Source: Promethearchaeota archaeon
Lineage (GTDB): Archaea; Asgardarchaeota; Lokiarchaeia; Sigyniarchaeales; SOKP01
Assembly: GCA_048937405.1 (NCBI GenBank)
Contig: JBHLNF010000010.1
Coordinates: 21,338-85,337 of the forward strand
Length of the DNA stretch: 64,000 nucleotides
Reading direction: 5' to 3'
Within the stretch, counting starts at the first letter, position 1; every line of letters begins with the position of its first letter. The translations under genes were made by a program, and so were the position numbers. This document shows positions 31,305 through 41,560 of this stretch, in pieces. The notes under the pieces were generated by a model, which was given only the letters and a program-made list of their open reading frames with translations, ran no database searches and was not told the DNA's origin.

Positions 31305-31724
31305 TTAATTCTCAGCTTCTTTCTCAAATAGATCTTCAAATTGCATTCCTAATCCTTTAGCAATCTTATTTAATAAATTTTCGTTAAAATTTGAAGTTAA
31401 TTGTTCATCATCTATTTCACTTAAAGAAGCTAATTTATCAAGGCTAATTCCAGCTATTTCAGCAACCTCTTTTGATTCTGCAAACGATTTAGTTTTAAAG
31501 ATATCCTTAATAATTGGTTCTTGATAAAAAATATTATCTAGTGATGTTTGAAAAATTTCAGTTAGTTTAAATGATAATATTAAAGAAGGGTTATAATCCC
31601 CTTTCTCCAAATAATAGATCGTTTGACGTGAAACACCTACTTGATCTGCTAATTGTTGCTGTGTTAAGCCAAGTTCTTCTCTGAAATCTTTGACTTTTGA
31701 TTTAATTGATTTTTTAAATTTCAG
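31305..31724 (-). CDS. XRE/Cro HTH transcriptional regulator with a second degenerate HTH
   Basis: The frame upstream of TTG 31610 encodes the HTH LTQQQLADQVGVSRQTIYYLEKG. No ATG/GTG/TTG occurs before the in-frame stop, and CTG 31724 lies 6-7 nt after GGTGA(G). Confidence 0.85.
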   Translation of the reverse strand: MKFKKSIKSKVKDFREELGLTQQQLADQVGVSRQTIYYLEKGDYNPSLILSFKLTEIFQTSLDNIFYQEPIIKDIFKTKSFAESKEVAEIAGISLDKLASLSEIDDEQLTSNFNENLLNKIAKGLGMQFEDLFEKEAEN

Positions 31725-31796
31725 GTGTTTCTCACCACTCCTTTATTCTATTTGGAGTTAAAATAATCGTATTATAAATAAAAAAAATATTGAATT

Positions 31797-32639
31797 TTAT
31801 ACCAATTTAAACAAATCTTCTATTTTACACTGTAATACTTCCGCAATTCTATAAGCTAATGATAAACTTGGATTATATCGCCCTTCTTCTAAATATTTAA
31901 TAGTTTGAAGTGGAACACCTACCTTTTCCGCTAAATTTGCAACAGTCATATTAAGATTTTCTCTCTTTTCTTTAATAGTTGTTATTAAATGCTCTCCTTC
32001 CCGCATTTTAGAAAGTATATAACTAATAAAGTTATCAAAAGCAAGTTCTTCTGGTTTGAAAATTTTATCTTCTAATCCACTTGGTATTGCCGAATATTTG
32101 AGTATTCTTTCTTTTATTTTTTCCTCAATAATATTAGGGTTCAATAATCCAGGAATATAACCTTCTGGACGAGCTATCCCTGACTTTGCACTCGCTGCAG
32201 TAGCACTCGATCCTGCTGTTTCAATTTTGACTGTGAATGTCTTAAATATCCTGTCAAAAACTCCATTAGTAATATTTATATTTTGTATTCTGCTAAAAGG
32301 AATAGTTGCTCGAACTCTATTAAAAACACCGTGTTGAAGAATTATCTCGCTTTCTAATATCTCAAAGAAAAACATCTTTACAAATCGATAATAATACCAG
32401 ATTGACAATAATAACAAGACTATAAATGGGACTACAACTGATAATATAAGTATCCATATCTCAAGGATCCATGTCATCTCTTCAAATAGGATTTCAGGCG
32501 TAAAAAAGTACATTAAGCAAATTATTAAAATCATCCACCACGCATAAATTGAAAAATAAACTATAATATTCTTAAATATTTCTTTTTTTGCATAGTTAGA
32601 CGAGATATTTCCCTTATATGATTGATTTTTATTACTCAT
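31797..32639 (-). CDS. 2-TM + bacterial PH domain (bPH_2-like) + C-terminal XRE HTH fusion
   Basis: GVFNRVRATIPFSRIQNI..VKIETAG is bPH_2-like. LAEKVGVPLQTIKYLEEGRYNPSL is an XRE HTH. Confidence 0.88.
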   Translation of the reverse strand: MSNKNQSYKGNISSNYAKKEIFKNIIVYFSIYAWWMILIICLMYFFTPEILFEEMTWILEIWILILSVVVPFIVLLLLSIWYYYRFVKMFFFEILESEIILQHGVFNRVRATIPFSRIQNINITNGVFDRIFKTFTVKIETAGSSATAASAKSGIARPEGYIPGLLNPNIIEEKIKERILKYSAIPSGLEDKIFKPEELAFDNFISYILSKMREGEHLITTIKEKRENLNMTVANLAEKVGVPLQTIKYLEEGRYNPSLSLAYRIAEVLQCKIEDLFKLV

Positions 32640-33251
32640 TTTTTTTCCTCCATTTTATTTTTTATTTTTTATTAATGTAAACTTTAATTACTTGAGGACT
32701 TTGATACTATGAATCCTAAAACATCATTTTTAAAAAGAATAATTTCTTATGTAATATTTATTAACATTGATATTTAAATATTTCTATATTGATTAGTAAT
32801 TAATGGGTAGAAGGCTTAGTGCTTCATTATTCTTAATGTTGAGTAGACTTTACATTATTATTAATTTTAAAATTTCAACTTAAAATACATTTCTATATGG
32901 TTCTATTTATATTTCAATTATTATTGCTTTCAAGGTTTTTTCTCTAAAAGAATCAAATTATATCATTTTTTTTAATATATAACTCAAGCTGTATCTAAAT
33001 TTTTTTCATTAGATTTTGACTTCATATTTAAAGTTTTTGATTTCGAAATTTATTTGTTCAGAAAAAATAGTTAATTTAAAGACCATGTTCATTTTATCTA
33101 AATAATTAGGTTTCAACATCACCTCTTTTATCGTCGCTTTATTTGGTTAAATAAGTGGGAACTGTATGGGTAAAAGTTTAAATATGTGTATGAGATAATA
33201 TACTTAAGAAATTTGAAATATTGAAAAAAGTTTATAAAAAATTAAAAAAGA

Positions 33252-33452
33252 TTGAACAAAAAAATGCGTAATTTTACATGTGGCGTTAAACACAACTTTA
33301 ATACTGGAGTTATAGTTCTAAAGGATGATCGAAAAAATTATATGTGGAATTGTTCCACTTGTGGAATTCAAGAAAAAATGGAAGATAGTGAAGATACTAA
33401 AGATTTTAAGGCAAACAATAAAGTCATAAGTCCACTTTTATCTTATGAATAA
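33252..33452 (+). CDS. Small putative zinc-ribbon protein
   Basis: CGVKH...WNCSTCG. TATA-like TTTAAATA upstream. May start at ATG 33264. Confidence 0.55.
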   Translation: MNKKMRNFTCGVKHNFNTGVIVLKDDRKNYMWNCSTCGIQEKMEDSEDTKDFKANNKVISPLLSYE

Positions 33453-33620
33453 CTATTTTTTATTTACTTGAACTTTCTTAATATTTCTTTTCCATTTCCT
33501 TTATATTTGTTAACGTGAACTTTAAATTAGTAGTGTTAAGAATTTCTAGATAGTTTTTATACTATTGATCTTCTGGAGAATCCAATTTCAGTAGAATTTT
33601 CATTTCTTTTAGGATTTGTC

Positions 33621-33865
33621 TTATATAGATTCATTTTTATAATAATCAAGAACTTTTAATGGGAATCTACTGGATACTGTTGCAGGACCACCCCCCATTT
33701 CAATAGCTACCTCTATTGATTCAATGATTTGATCTCTCTCTGCTCCAGAATTTAATGCTTCTTTTATATGCCATTCCATACAGGATTCACAATTTATAAC
33801 CACAGAAATCCTTATTGTTATTAATTCTTTATATAATTTCTTTAACGCCCCATCTGAATATGTGC
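33621..33865 (-). pseudogene. C-terminal part of a carboxymuconolactone decarboxylase/AhpD-family gene
   Basis: KELI...SVVINCESCMEWH...A...G...EVAIEMGGGP. Its own N-terminus is missing. Confidence 0.85.
33791..33865. repeat. 75-bp imperfect direct repeat, copy 1 (partner 35889-35963)
   Basis: 65 of 75 bases identical by manual alignment. Confidence 0.9.
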
Positions 33866-34116
33866 ATAAATAAAAGTAATTATATATTGAAGAAAAGATA
33901 TTAAAAGGAATATAACAGATAAGATAAATACTAGGACCCAAGATCTCTGGAAAAAGCACGAAAAGAACATAGAAGATGTGAGCATATCGAGCATATTTGA
34001 TAATATCTCAGGTTCTATAAAAGAATTTAACAAAAAATTATATTTAAAATATTTTAAAAAGAAATTAATAAAATTTGTAATCTTTTGATAAAAATTTTAA
34101 CAAAAATTATAAAGTA

Positions 34117-34389
34117 TTAGAAATACAGTAAAACAATAATAAATATAAATTCAAAAAATAAGAAAAAGAAAATACCAATTATCTTTAATTTAATGGGATC
34201 AGGATGAATTTTTCCTATTAAAGATTTTCCCTTTGTTTCAGCAATAATATCATCAATAACTAAAAATAATCCAAAAATAATAAAAATAAAAGAGAAAAAA
34301 ATAGGTTTCCAAAGAAATATCAATACAATACCCTCACCTAAAATGATAATCCCCGATACTAAATGATGTAAATATTTCCAGATGTTCAT
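34117..34389 (-). CDS. Small 3-TM membrane protein
   Basis: Hydrophobic 90-aa ORF with LHH and IDD motifs. Confidence 0.65.
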   Translation of the reverse strand: MNIWKYLHHLVSGIIILGEGIVLIFLWKPIFFSFIFIIFGLFLVIDDIIAETKGKSLIGKIHPDPIKLKIIGIFFFLFFEFIFIIVLLYF

Positions 34390-34441
34390 AGAATTCTGTT
34401 TTTTTTTAGTAGTAGTAATAAATAAAAATAATGAATTAAGT

Positions 34442-35554
34442 CTAGACTAAACCAAAGAGAGATAGTATAAAAGGAACTACTGAGGAACCAAGTGTTATTA
34501 AAAACTTCTTAATTGATGTAGGATTAAAAGGCCAATTACTTATATTTAAAATTTCATTGTAAAAATGATGAATTGCTTGGATTTCCATATAGTTAACATT
34601 ATCCTCTGAAAGATTATCTTGAATACTACCAATAATTTTTGCTTTAAGTCCTTCTTTGTGTGTTACTATTGAATTATGTATATGAAGTGTATTTTTATAT
34701 AATAAAAATGCCATTATAACAGATATCGCTAAACCCAATCCAATATAATAGTAACCAATATAACTGGTAGCAGTTCCCCTATATGTGAAAATATAAAATA
34801 AACCAACTATGCTAATAAAAGTGCTGCCAGCTATGACAGGGATATTTATTGACATAATGAATTTTCCAATTTCATTAAAGGCACCAATTTTTAATTCTTT
34901 ATAGGAAACTTTTAGTTGAAATTTTTCGGATCCTAGCTTATTGATACACCTGAAAGTAATTATTATAATTACAATTGCTGAAAAAGCTAAAGTGAAAAGA
35001 ATAAAATATGCTACCGAAACTAAGAAAAGACTTATAATATAGATTATACGAGTTATTCCCTCAACATAGACTTTTTCTCCACCCCATTCACCATATTCAA
35101 AATTTATTAAAAAATTTCCACCAAAAACAAAAAAAAAAGCCCCTATTCCCATGAAGAATGGAACAATAAACTCCCATTTGGATTTAAAAGCGTTTTCAAT
35201 CTCTTTTTTATAATTTTCAAATGTTTTTTCATTCTTGAAAATAGCTTTATTCTCTAATATCAGTCTATGAAAATATTCAGGATTTTTTAAACCAACAAAT
35301 AGAGAAAATATAAAAATTGCTATACAAAGGATGTCTATTACATATCTGTTTGCTCTATACCAAAGATCTATACCCATAATAAAGAAAATTCCGATAAGAC
35401 TAGACACCAAATACAGTATCAGGTAGCTGTATTTAAAAACTGTATCATATTTTAAACGATTTACCCAAACTTTAATATTTAATTCTGAGGTTTTAGATAT
35501 AGGTTGAGCATTAATGATTGGTTCTTCTTTTTGAAATTCTTTAACATATACCAT
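34442..35554 (-). CDS. Multi-pass membrane protein
   Basis: About 7 TM segments, C-terminal WPF motif. Confidence 0.8.
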   Translation of the reverse strand: MVYVKEFQKEEPIINAQPISKTSELNIKVWVNRLKYDTVFKYSYLILYLVSSLIGIFFIMGIDLWYRANRYVIDILCIAIFIFSLFVGLKNPEYFHRLILENKAIFKNEKTFENYKKEIENAFKSKWEFIVPFFMGIGAFFFVFGGNFLINFEYGEWGGEKVYVEGITRIIYIISLFLVSVAYFILFTLAFSAIVIIIITFRCINKLGSEKFQLKVSYKELKIGAFNEIGKFIMSINIPVIAGSTFISIVGLFYIFTYRGTATSYIGYYYIGLGLAISVIMAFLLYKNTLHIHNSIVTHKEGLKAKIIGSIQDNLSEDNVNYMEIQAIHHFYNEILNISNWPFNPTSIKKFLITLGSSVVPFILSLFGLV

Positions 35555-35871
35555 TAAATTCTCACTTCTAATTTTTATCTTCTTATAGATTAACTAGAAA
35601 AATAATTTAAACATTGAATATAATTTATCACTCTATCTATGAAAATACATAATTCTATTCTTATATTTTATATATAAATTTTTTGTTATACAAAATTTAG
35701 TAAAGAGAAAAATTTTTTATATTATTTCTCAAATCTCCAAAGTAAATATGATATAACTTACTTCTAATTCTTGAATTAGAAGACAATCATTAAGTGAATA
35801 CAACTTTTCAATTTTAAAGACACGTCTATTGAATTTTTATAAAATTATAATTGGTTTCTTTTGTTTGATTT

Positions 35872-36081
35872 TTATTGAAACATTTTATAATTTATAATTA
35901 CAGAAATCCCAATTGCAATTAATTCTTTATATAATTTCTTTAGCGATCCGTCTGAATATGTGCTTTCTTCTAATTTAAGGAATGATTTATAAACTTCTGA
36001 TTTTTTATTTAATAAAATATTATGAGCTTTTTTTCTATCTGAGATGATTTTTTCTACTTTTTTTATATCTTCAATGTCCAT
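35872..36081 (-). pseudogene. N-terminal part of the CMD/AhpD-family gene
   Basis: VYKSFLKLEESTYSDGSLKKLYKELIAIGISVIIN, ending just before the CxxC. Confidence 0.85.
35889..35963. repeat. 75-bp imperfect direct repeat, copy 2
   Basis: Matches 33791-33865. Confidence 0.9.
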
Positions 36082-36275
36082 AGTAGGTTATTTACACTTT
36101 ATCTCTTTTTAAATTTTTCTTAAAATTTGGTTTTTCATTTTAATATTTAAAGCTTATATATTGATTCTCTTTCTAAAGATATTTTAGTTCTACAAATCTT
36201 TCAGAACTTAGTATTATTAAAAAAATTAATAAATTATTGATTAGATTTAAAAATTTGTATTCGATTATTTAATTC

Positions 36276-37544
36276 TTATAATAACAACGCCCTAAAAAAT
36301 TTTGGACTTAGCGTTATTTTTGAAAGAGTAGGAAGTTTGGCAAACCATTTTTCTCCAACATATCTATCATTACTGGTGTTATGAGTTGATAGATCATGAT
36401 TGATATATGCTTCATAAATGTATTGTCTTGCTAATTTATTTTCACTAAGGAGTTCTGTATATAACCGCCACAAAGTCTTTACATGAGAACTTTCATTATA
36501 GATCAAGTACTCAAGGGCATTTCCGTTCTTAAAATAAGATAATAAAACCCGTCTGACTTCTTGATCATACTTTTGCAAATCAGAATTGGTAAAGTTGCTA
36601 TCATTTTCCAGTAATGGTATTAAGGTTTTAGTAGCTATATCTGCACAAGCAACTCCTGGTAATAAACCTTCGTAAAAAAAGGCAGTAACTAATCCTGCTG
36701 CTTCACCAAGAACGAGGATGCGATCTTTAGTGAAACTTTTTATAGGGTGTTTTGATATGTCTCCTACAGTAGCAGTGGACATATCATATTTCAATCCATC
36801 CATAATATGTTGAATTGGTTTGTAATTTTTTAAAATTCTATCAAGTTTAGAAAGAATGCTTTCTTTAGTTTCACTCCTAGAACCTAAAAATCCAGTAGAA
36901 ATACGATCCACCCCCTTGTTAAAGAAGAAAGGTCCATCCCGAGAGATTTTTGGATTAATATGAAAAGTATAATTATACTCTAAATTTTCATTGATTTTAT
37001 CCTCATCACCAAATAAATGAAGAAAGGTTCCTGTATAATGATCTGGAACCTCAAATCCTACAGATCGTTGTAAATCAAAACCACGAGAGCCAGTTGCTAA
37101 AGCTAGGATTTTGGTTGCATATGATTCTCCCTTGTTATTAACTAATTTTAAATGGTCATTGTGTCTGTTAATTTTAGAGATTTTCTCATTTGAATGGAAT
37201 TCTCCTCCCTGATCTTCAAATTGATTAATAAGTGCTTCTAAGATGCTTTCAGTATAACAGATATTTCCTAACGGGATTCCAAATTCAGTAGAATCAATAA
37301 CACCATTGAACTCATCACTCATATAATTGGATTTAGTATGAAGACTTGGAAATATTTTTTTATTATTCCAATCAATTTCATCTTTTATAAAAGGTTTATT
37401 ATGTTCAGGAAAGATATTGGTTTTTTTTGGAATTTCTTTACGGTAATCTAGGGCTTCAATCAGAAGTGTGTTAGCGTATTTTGAGATTTTAGAAGCAAAA
37501 GTTGCACCCGCGATTCCTGCACCAATAATAATGACATCATACAT
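36276..37544 (-). CDS. FAD-dependent oxidoreductase, geranylgeranyl reductase-like
   Basis: DVIIIGAGIAG, LATGS, LVLGEAAGLV...EG. Confidence 0.85.
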   Translation of the reverse strand: MYDVIIIGAGIAGATFASKISKYANTLLIEALDYRKEIPKKTNIFPEHNKPFIKDEIDWNNKKIFPSLHTKSNYMSDEFNGVIDSTEFGIPLGNICYTESILEALINQFEDQGGEFHSNEKISKINRHNDHLKLVNNKGESYATKILALATGSRGFDLQRSVGFEVPDHYTGTFLHLFGDEDKINENLEYNYTFHINPKISRDGPFFFNKGVDRISTGFLGSRSETKESILSKLDRILKNYKPIQHIMDGLKYDMSTATVGDISKHPIKSFTKDRILVLGEAAGLVTAFFYEGLLPGVACADIATKTLIPLLENDSNFTNSDLQKYDQEVRRVLLSYFKNGNALEYLIYNESSHVKTLWRLYTELLSENKLARQYIYEAYINHDLSTHNTSNDRYVGEKWFAKLPTLSKITLSPKFFRALLL

Positions 37545-37710
37545 ATATAATCATTCTTCTCAAATGAAGTGAAATTATTTGTTATAATCATTCGATTGAT
37601 TTTAAATTTTAGTTAGAAAGTTTTTATAGGTGTGAATTCGTAAATATAATGAATAAAAATTTTTTATAATTTAAACAAAAAATATTAGAAAAAATTAAAG
37701 GTGGTTAATT

Positions 37711-39411
37711 ATAGGATTAAGATTAGCTTCGGGGCTAGCAATAACTTCTCTATTTGCTTTAATGTATGCAGTTATTTTCGTTATTGGTGTTTGGTTTTTA
37801 CCCTCAACAATATTTGGTTTACTTTTCATGGTAGGACTGACGATTATGATGGTATTATTTCAATATGGAATTTCTCCATTGATTATTGGTTGGCTTTACA
37901 GAATAGATTGGATACCCTATGAGCAATTTGTACGGCAATTTCCACATTTAGTAAACTCTCTTGAAAAAGTGGTAGCATATAATCGAATTAAGATGCCACG
38001 GCTTGGGATAATACATGATCTCAATCCAAATGCATTTACATACGGATGGACTAAAAATTCTGCCAGAGTTGTTCTTACTGATGGTATTTTAAAATACTTA
38101 AACAAAAAAGAGCAGGATGCTGTGTTTTCGCATGAGTTAGGGCATGTGGTTCACTCGGATTTCATTTTAATGACGGTAGTGTTTGCAATTCCGCTACTTT
38201 TACTATCTATCGCTCGATGGGCATATTATGCCAGCTTTTTTTCAAGGGGTAGTTCAAGAGATGATGAGGGTGCTTTACTTGGTATTGCTCTAATCGCTAT
38301 AGCTTTATTATCCTACTTAAGTTATTACATAAGTTATTTTATCTCACTTATAATAAGCAGAATTAGGGAATATTACGCGGATGAACATAGTGCAGAAGTT
38401 TTAGAGAACCCAAACGCGTTAGCAACCGGACTTGTTAAGATAGCTTATGGTTTATTGGTCGACGGTAATATTGAGGAAAGAAAAAAATCCCGCGTACTAG
38501 CACTGAGAGGATTAGGAATTTTTGATCATAGAGCTGCAAAGGGATTGGGTATTATAAGTGTAGGAAAAACAGGAGTTCTTTCAATGGAAGCTATACAAAA
38601 AGCTGCTGCTTGGGATTTATACAATCCTTGGGCGAAATATTTTCAAGCCTTCTCCACTCATCCATTACCTGCAAAAAGAATAATGCGATTAAATATGTTA
38701 TGCGAAATTTATGGTATTAAGCCTGAAATTGACTTTTCTGATGCTAAAAGATTAAAAGAAGAACAAGCAGGAAAATCGTTATGGGATGAATTTCTATGGG
38801 ATATGTTTATAAAAGTTCTCCCTACACTTGTTTTTATTGCTCTACTTGGTTTAACAATAGTATGGATATTTGATCTAGTTTTTGATGGTTTCAATATAGC
38901 TTTTCTGACTCCCTTTTATGCAAACATGTGGCTTGTATGGGCAATTGGTTTTTATATTATAGGTTTCATGACTATAATAAAAACCATATATATGTATAAG
39001 GGAGGTTTTGAAGATAAAACAGTGTTGGACTTAGTTACTAATGTGAAAGTATCACCTATCAGACCAGTACCTGCGTTTTTAGAGGGAAAGATTGTTGGAA
39101 AAGGTATTCCAGGTTACTATTTTAGTGAAGATATGTATTTCCAAGATAGTACTGGTTTACTTTATGTAGATTATAGATTCGGAATTGGTATTGCAGATTT
39201 AATATTTTCCCTTGGAGCTGTTAATCGGTTAGTAGGTCAAAATGTAAGAATTAAAGGTTGGTATAGAAGAGGCCCAAGCCCTTATATTCAAGTAGATACA
39301 ATTTGGTCTGAATCTGGAAAAAGACATAGAAATTATGCGAAACATCTAAGATATATCTGGACAGCTTTAGCATTTATCATTGGTATAGTATGCTTTTATT
39401 TCTGGCTCTAA
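37711..39411 (+). CDS. htpX: HtpX-like M48 zinc metalloprotease with C-terminal extension
   Basis: PNAFT, HELGH, SRIREYYAD, FSTHP..KRI. Proposed start ATA 37711 after AGGTGG (ORF track gives ATG 37762). Confidence 0.9.
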   Translation: MGLRLASGLAITSLFALMYAVIFVIGVWFLPSTIFGLLFMVGLTIMMVLFQYGISPLIIGWLYRIDWIPYEQFVRQFPHLVNSLEKVVAYNRIKMPRLGIIHDLNPNAFTYGWTKNSARVVLTDGILKYLNKKEQDAVFSHELGHVVHSDFILMTVVFAIPLLLLSIARWAYYASFFSRGSSRDDEGALLGIALIAIALLSYLSYYISYFISLIISRIREYYADEHSAEVLENPNALATGLVKIAYGLLVDGNIEERKKSRVLALRGLGIFDHRAAKGLGIISVGKTGVLSMEAIQKAAAWDLYNPWAKYFQAFSTHPLPAKRIMRLNMLCEIYGIKPEIDFSDAKRLKEEQAGKSLWDEFLWDMFIKVLPTLVFIALLGLTIVWIFDLVFDGFNIAFLTPFYANMWLVWAIGFYIIGFMTIIKTIYMYKGGFEDKTVLDLVTNVKVSPIRPVPAFLEGKIVGKGIPGYYFSEDMYFQDSTGLLYVDYRFGIGIADLIFSLGAVNRLVGQNVRIKGWYRRGPSPYIQVDTIWSESGKRHRNYAKHLRYIWTALAFIIGIVCFYFWL

Positions 39412-39554
39412 TCGTAAAATACGTATTAAAAATTTTTTTTATATCAATTTTCTTTTTTTTATTAAATCTTTATCCATATTAGAATTTTAATCTAAAAGGA
39501 TAATTTTCCTTAAAAATCAAAAAAAAATAAAATATTTTAATTCAGAATTTTGCT

Positions 39555-40313
39555 TTATATAATATTGGTTATCTTATTCGCTACTTTTCTTATATTCATT
39601 TCTGCCATTCCCAATGGCACGGTAGTGTCGAAAAGAGCAACAAGAAAGAGTGGTTCTAATTTCCAAGGAATATCTATTATTTTAGAAAATACTTTTTGTC
39701 CATTTTCTAGTCCATAATATTTTTCAGGAAGGTTTAAAGCACCTACCATATAACTAATTTCTAATTCTTTTAAAGAATTTATTAAGATCTCATGAGGTAG
39801 AGATGTATAAATTATATTTCCTTTAGTTGTTAGAAGGGCAACACCGACGAATTCATTATTGTTTAATAATTCTTCAAATAACTCAATTGCTTTTTGATAA
39901 AAAGTTTTACTCATATGGATCTCATCTTCTCCCTTAATTATTGATTTAATTACTTTATCTAGTTTTGGATTCTCAACCTGTTGATAATCTACTATTTCAC
40001 CACTATTAGGATATTCCTTAAGAAAAGTATCAACAATTTTTTCTAGACGTGAACTAACAAATAAAATACTTGCTGTTGAATCAGATAAAAGAGAAAAAAT
40101 TAGATCATTTTTTACTTTAAAAACAAATCTTAATTCCCTCATTTCAAGAATTTCTGGAGTTTTACGAGACATTACATTCTCAGAAAAAGAAAAAATTGCA
40201 GAAAAGAAAGGAGTAATCAAGTTGACTTCAATATGATCAAAATCTTTTGTAAAATTTTTATGAAAGATGCATAATCCAGTTTTCTTGAGAATGAAAAGAG
40301 AATGAATTTTCAT
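39555..40313 (-). CDS. Longin-like domain + Roadblock-like domain protein
   Basis: N-terminus IHSLFILKKTGLCIF...LITPFFSAIFSF is longin-like. C-terminus FVGVALLTTKGNIIYTSL...VPLGMA is Roadblock-like. Confidence 0.72.
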   Translation of the reverse strand: MKIHSLFILKKTGLCIFHKNFTKDFDHIEVNLITPFFSAIFSFSENVMSRKTPEILEMRELRFVFKVKNDLIFSLLSDSTASILFVSSRLEKIVDTFLKEYPNSGEIVDYQQVENPKLDKVIKSIIKGEDEIHMSKTFYQKAIELFEELLNNNEFVGVALLTTKGNIIYTSLPHEILINSLKELEISYMVGALNLPEKYYGLENGQKVFSKIIDIPWKLEPLFLVALFDTTVPLGMAEMNIRKVANKITNII

Positions 40314-40773
40314 TATGAGCGTAACCTTAGTATCATATAAGTAAAATTATATAAACACTGTCTTTTAAGTATTTTTAATATAAATTCTATTCAAATTTGT
40401 CCATATGGGCTTTTTCAAGAATTTTTCAATTTGATGCTCAAATTCTTCCTACAAAGCCATTTCTTTAGAAATCTGAATTTTATATCCATAAATCCTTCAA
40501 AAATCTTAATATTTTCAAATATTTTTCTCCATTAATTCTCATATAACTTAAAATTTAAGTTAGAGAATTCTTTTTTCACGATTACAATAATTTGATTCAA
40601 TAATATAGATTAAGTTATATAATTTATTTTAATCTTGAAATTTCGTTCTTATATCGAGTTTCTTTTTTATTTCCTGAAATTTAAATAAAAAAATTTACAT
40701 CTTTAATTTAGGTAAATGGGGATATGACTCTTTAGTGTTCTCAAAAATTCTTTAAAACGATCAAAAAACTATA

Positions 40774-41175
40774 ATGTCTAAGAATGAAATGGAAAAAGTA
40801 ATAATTCAGAAAGCGGAAGTGGTATCAAAACTTCAAAATTTATCTGGAAAGTTACTTGAGATAAATGATAAAGATGATATCTGTGAATTATTAAGAAATT
40901 TCCCTAAGAAAGTTATGATAATTGATTTTTGGGCTAGTTGGTGCGCTCCTTGCAAGGATTATACTCAAATATTTGAAAAGGTATGTCAAGAATATTCAAA
41001 TGATTTTATTTTTATCAAAACTGATGTTGATAAAGCACCAAAGATCATTCAACACTTCAAAATTTCTTCTGTTCCTACAACTCTTTTATTAAAAGGAGAG
41101 GAAATATTACGAAAATTTGTAGGAGTCGTGAATTATGGGACATTAAAACAAATCGTTGAGAGATTTAGAAAATAG
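40774..41175 (+). CDS. Thioredoxin
   Basis: IDFWASWCAPC and the SVPT cis-Pro motif. Confidence 0.93.
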   Translation: MSKNEMEKVIIQKAEVVSKLQNLSGKLLEINDKDDICELLRNFPKKVMIIDFWASWCAPCKDYTQIFEKVCQEYSNDFIFIKTDVDKAPKIIQHFKISSVPTTLLLKGEEILRKFVGVVNYGTLKQIVERFRK

Positions 41176-41236
41176 TCAAACAGTCTGGTGAATATTTTTG
41201 TTTTTTTAATTTTATATTATGAAATTTTTCTTATTT

Positions 41237-41458
41237 TTATCTCCAAGCAGCGTGTCTTAGTATTGCTTTAAATGGACATGTATCTTGACATACTCCACAT
41301 TCAATGCATTCACCAATCATTTCAGCAACAACTTTTCCATTTATAATTTCATATACGCCAGCAGGGCATACATTTACACAATCTCCAGATCCCATACATC
41401 GATCTATATCTATCTCAACCCAATGATTATCTTCTTCCCACTTCTTAATGTCTGTCAA
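41237..41458 (-). CDS. 4Fe-4S dicluster-type ferredoxin
   Basis: CMGSGDCVNVCP (one Cys replaced by Ser) and CIECGVCQDTCP. Confidence 0.9.
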   Translation of the reverse strand: MTDIKKWEEDNHWVEIDIDRCMGSGDCVNVCPAGVYEIINGKVVAEMIGECIECGVCQDTCPFKAILRHAAWR

Positions 41459-41560
41459 AATTGTATATTACATCTGATATTCCTATAATGCAAAAAAATC
41501 AATATTATTTATCATACGAAAAATAAATAATTTCCTAATCTTTTCTAATATGTGATTTAA

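Noticed and set aside
33621-33959. 112-aa ORF as an intact gene
   Set aside because: Its first ~30 codons are unrelated insert sequence. The true N-terminus is at 36081.
40330-40560. Coding-like fragments on the minus strand, including an in-frame TAG
   Set aside because: Multiple stops and no recognisable family. No basis for a readthrough claim.
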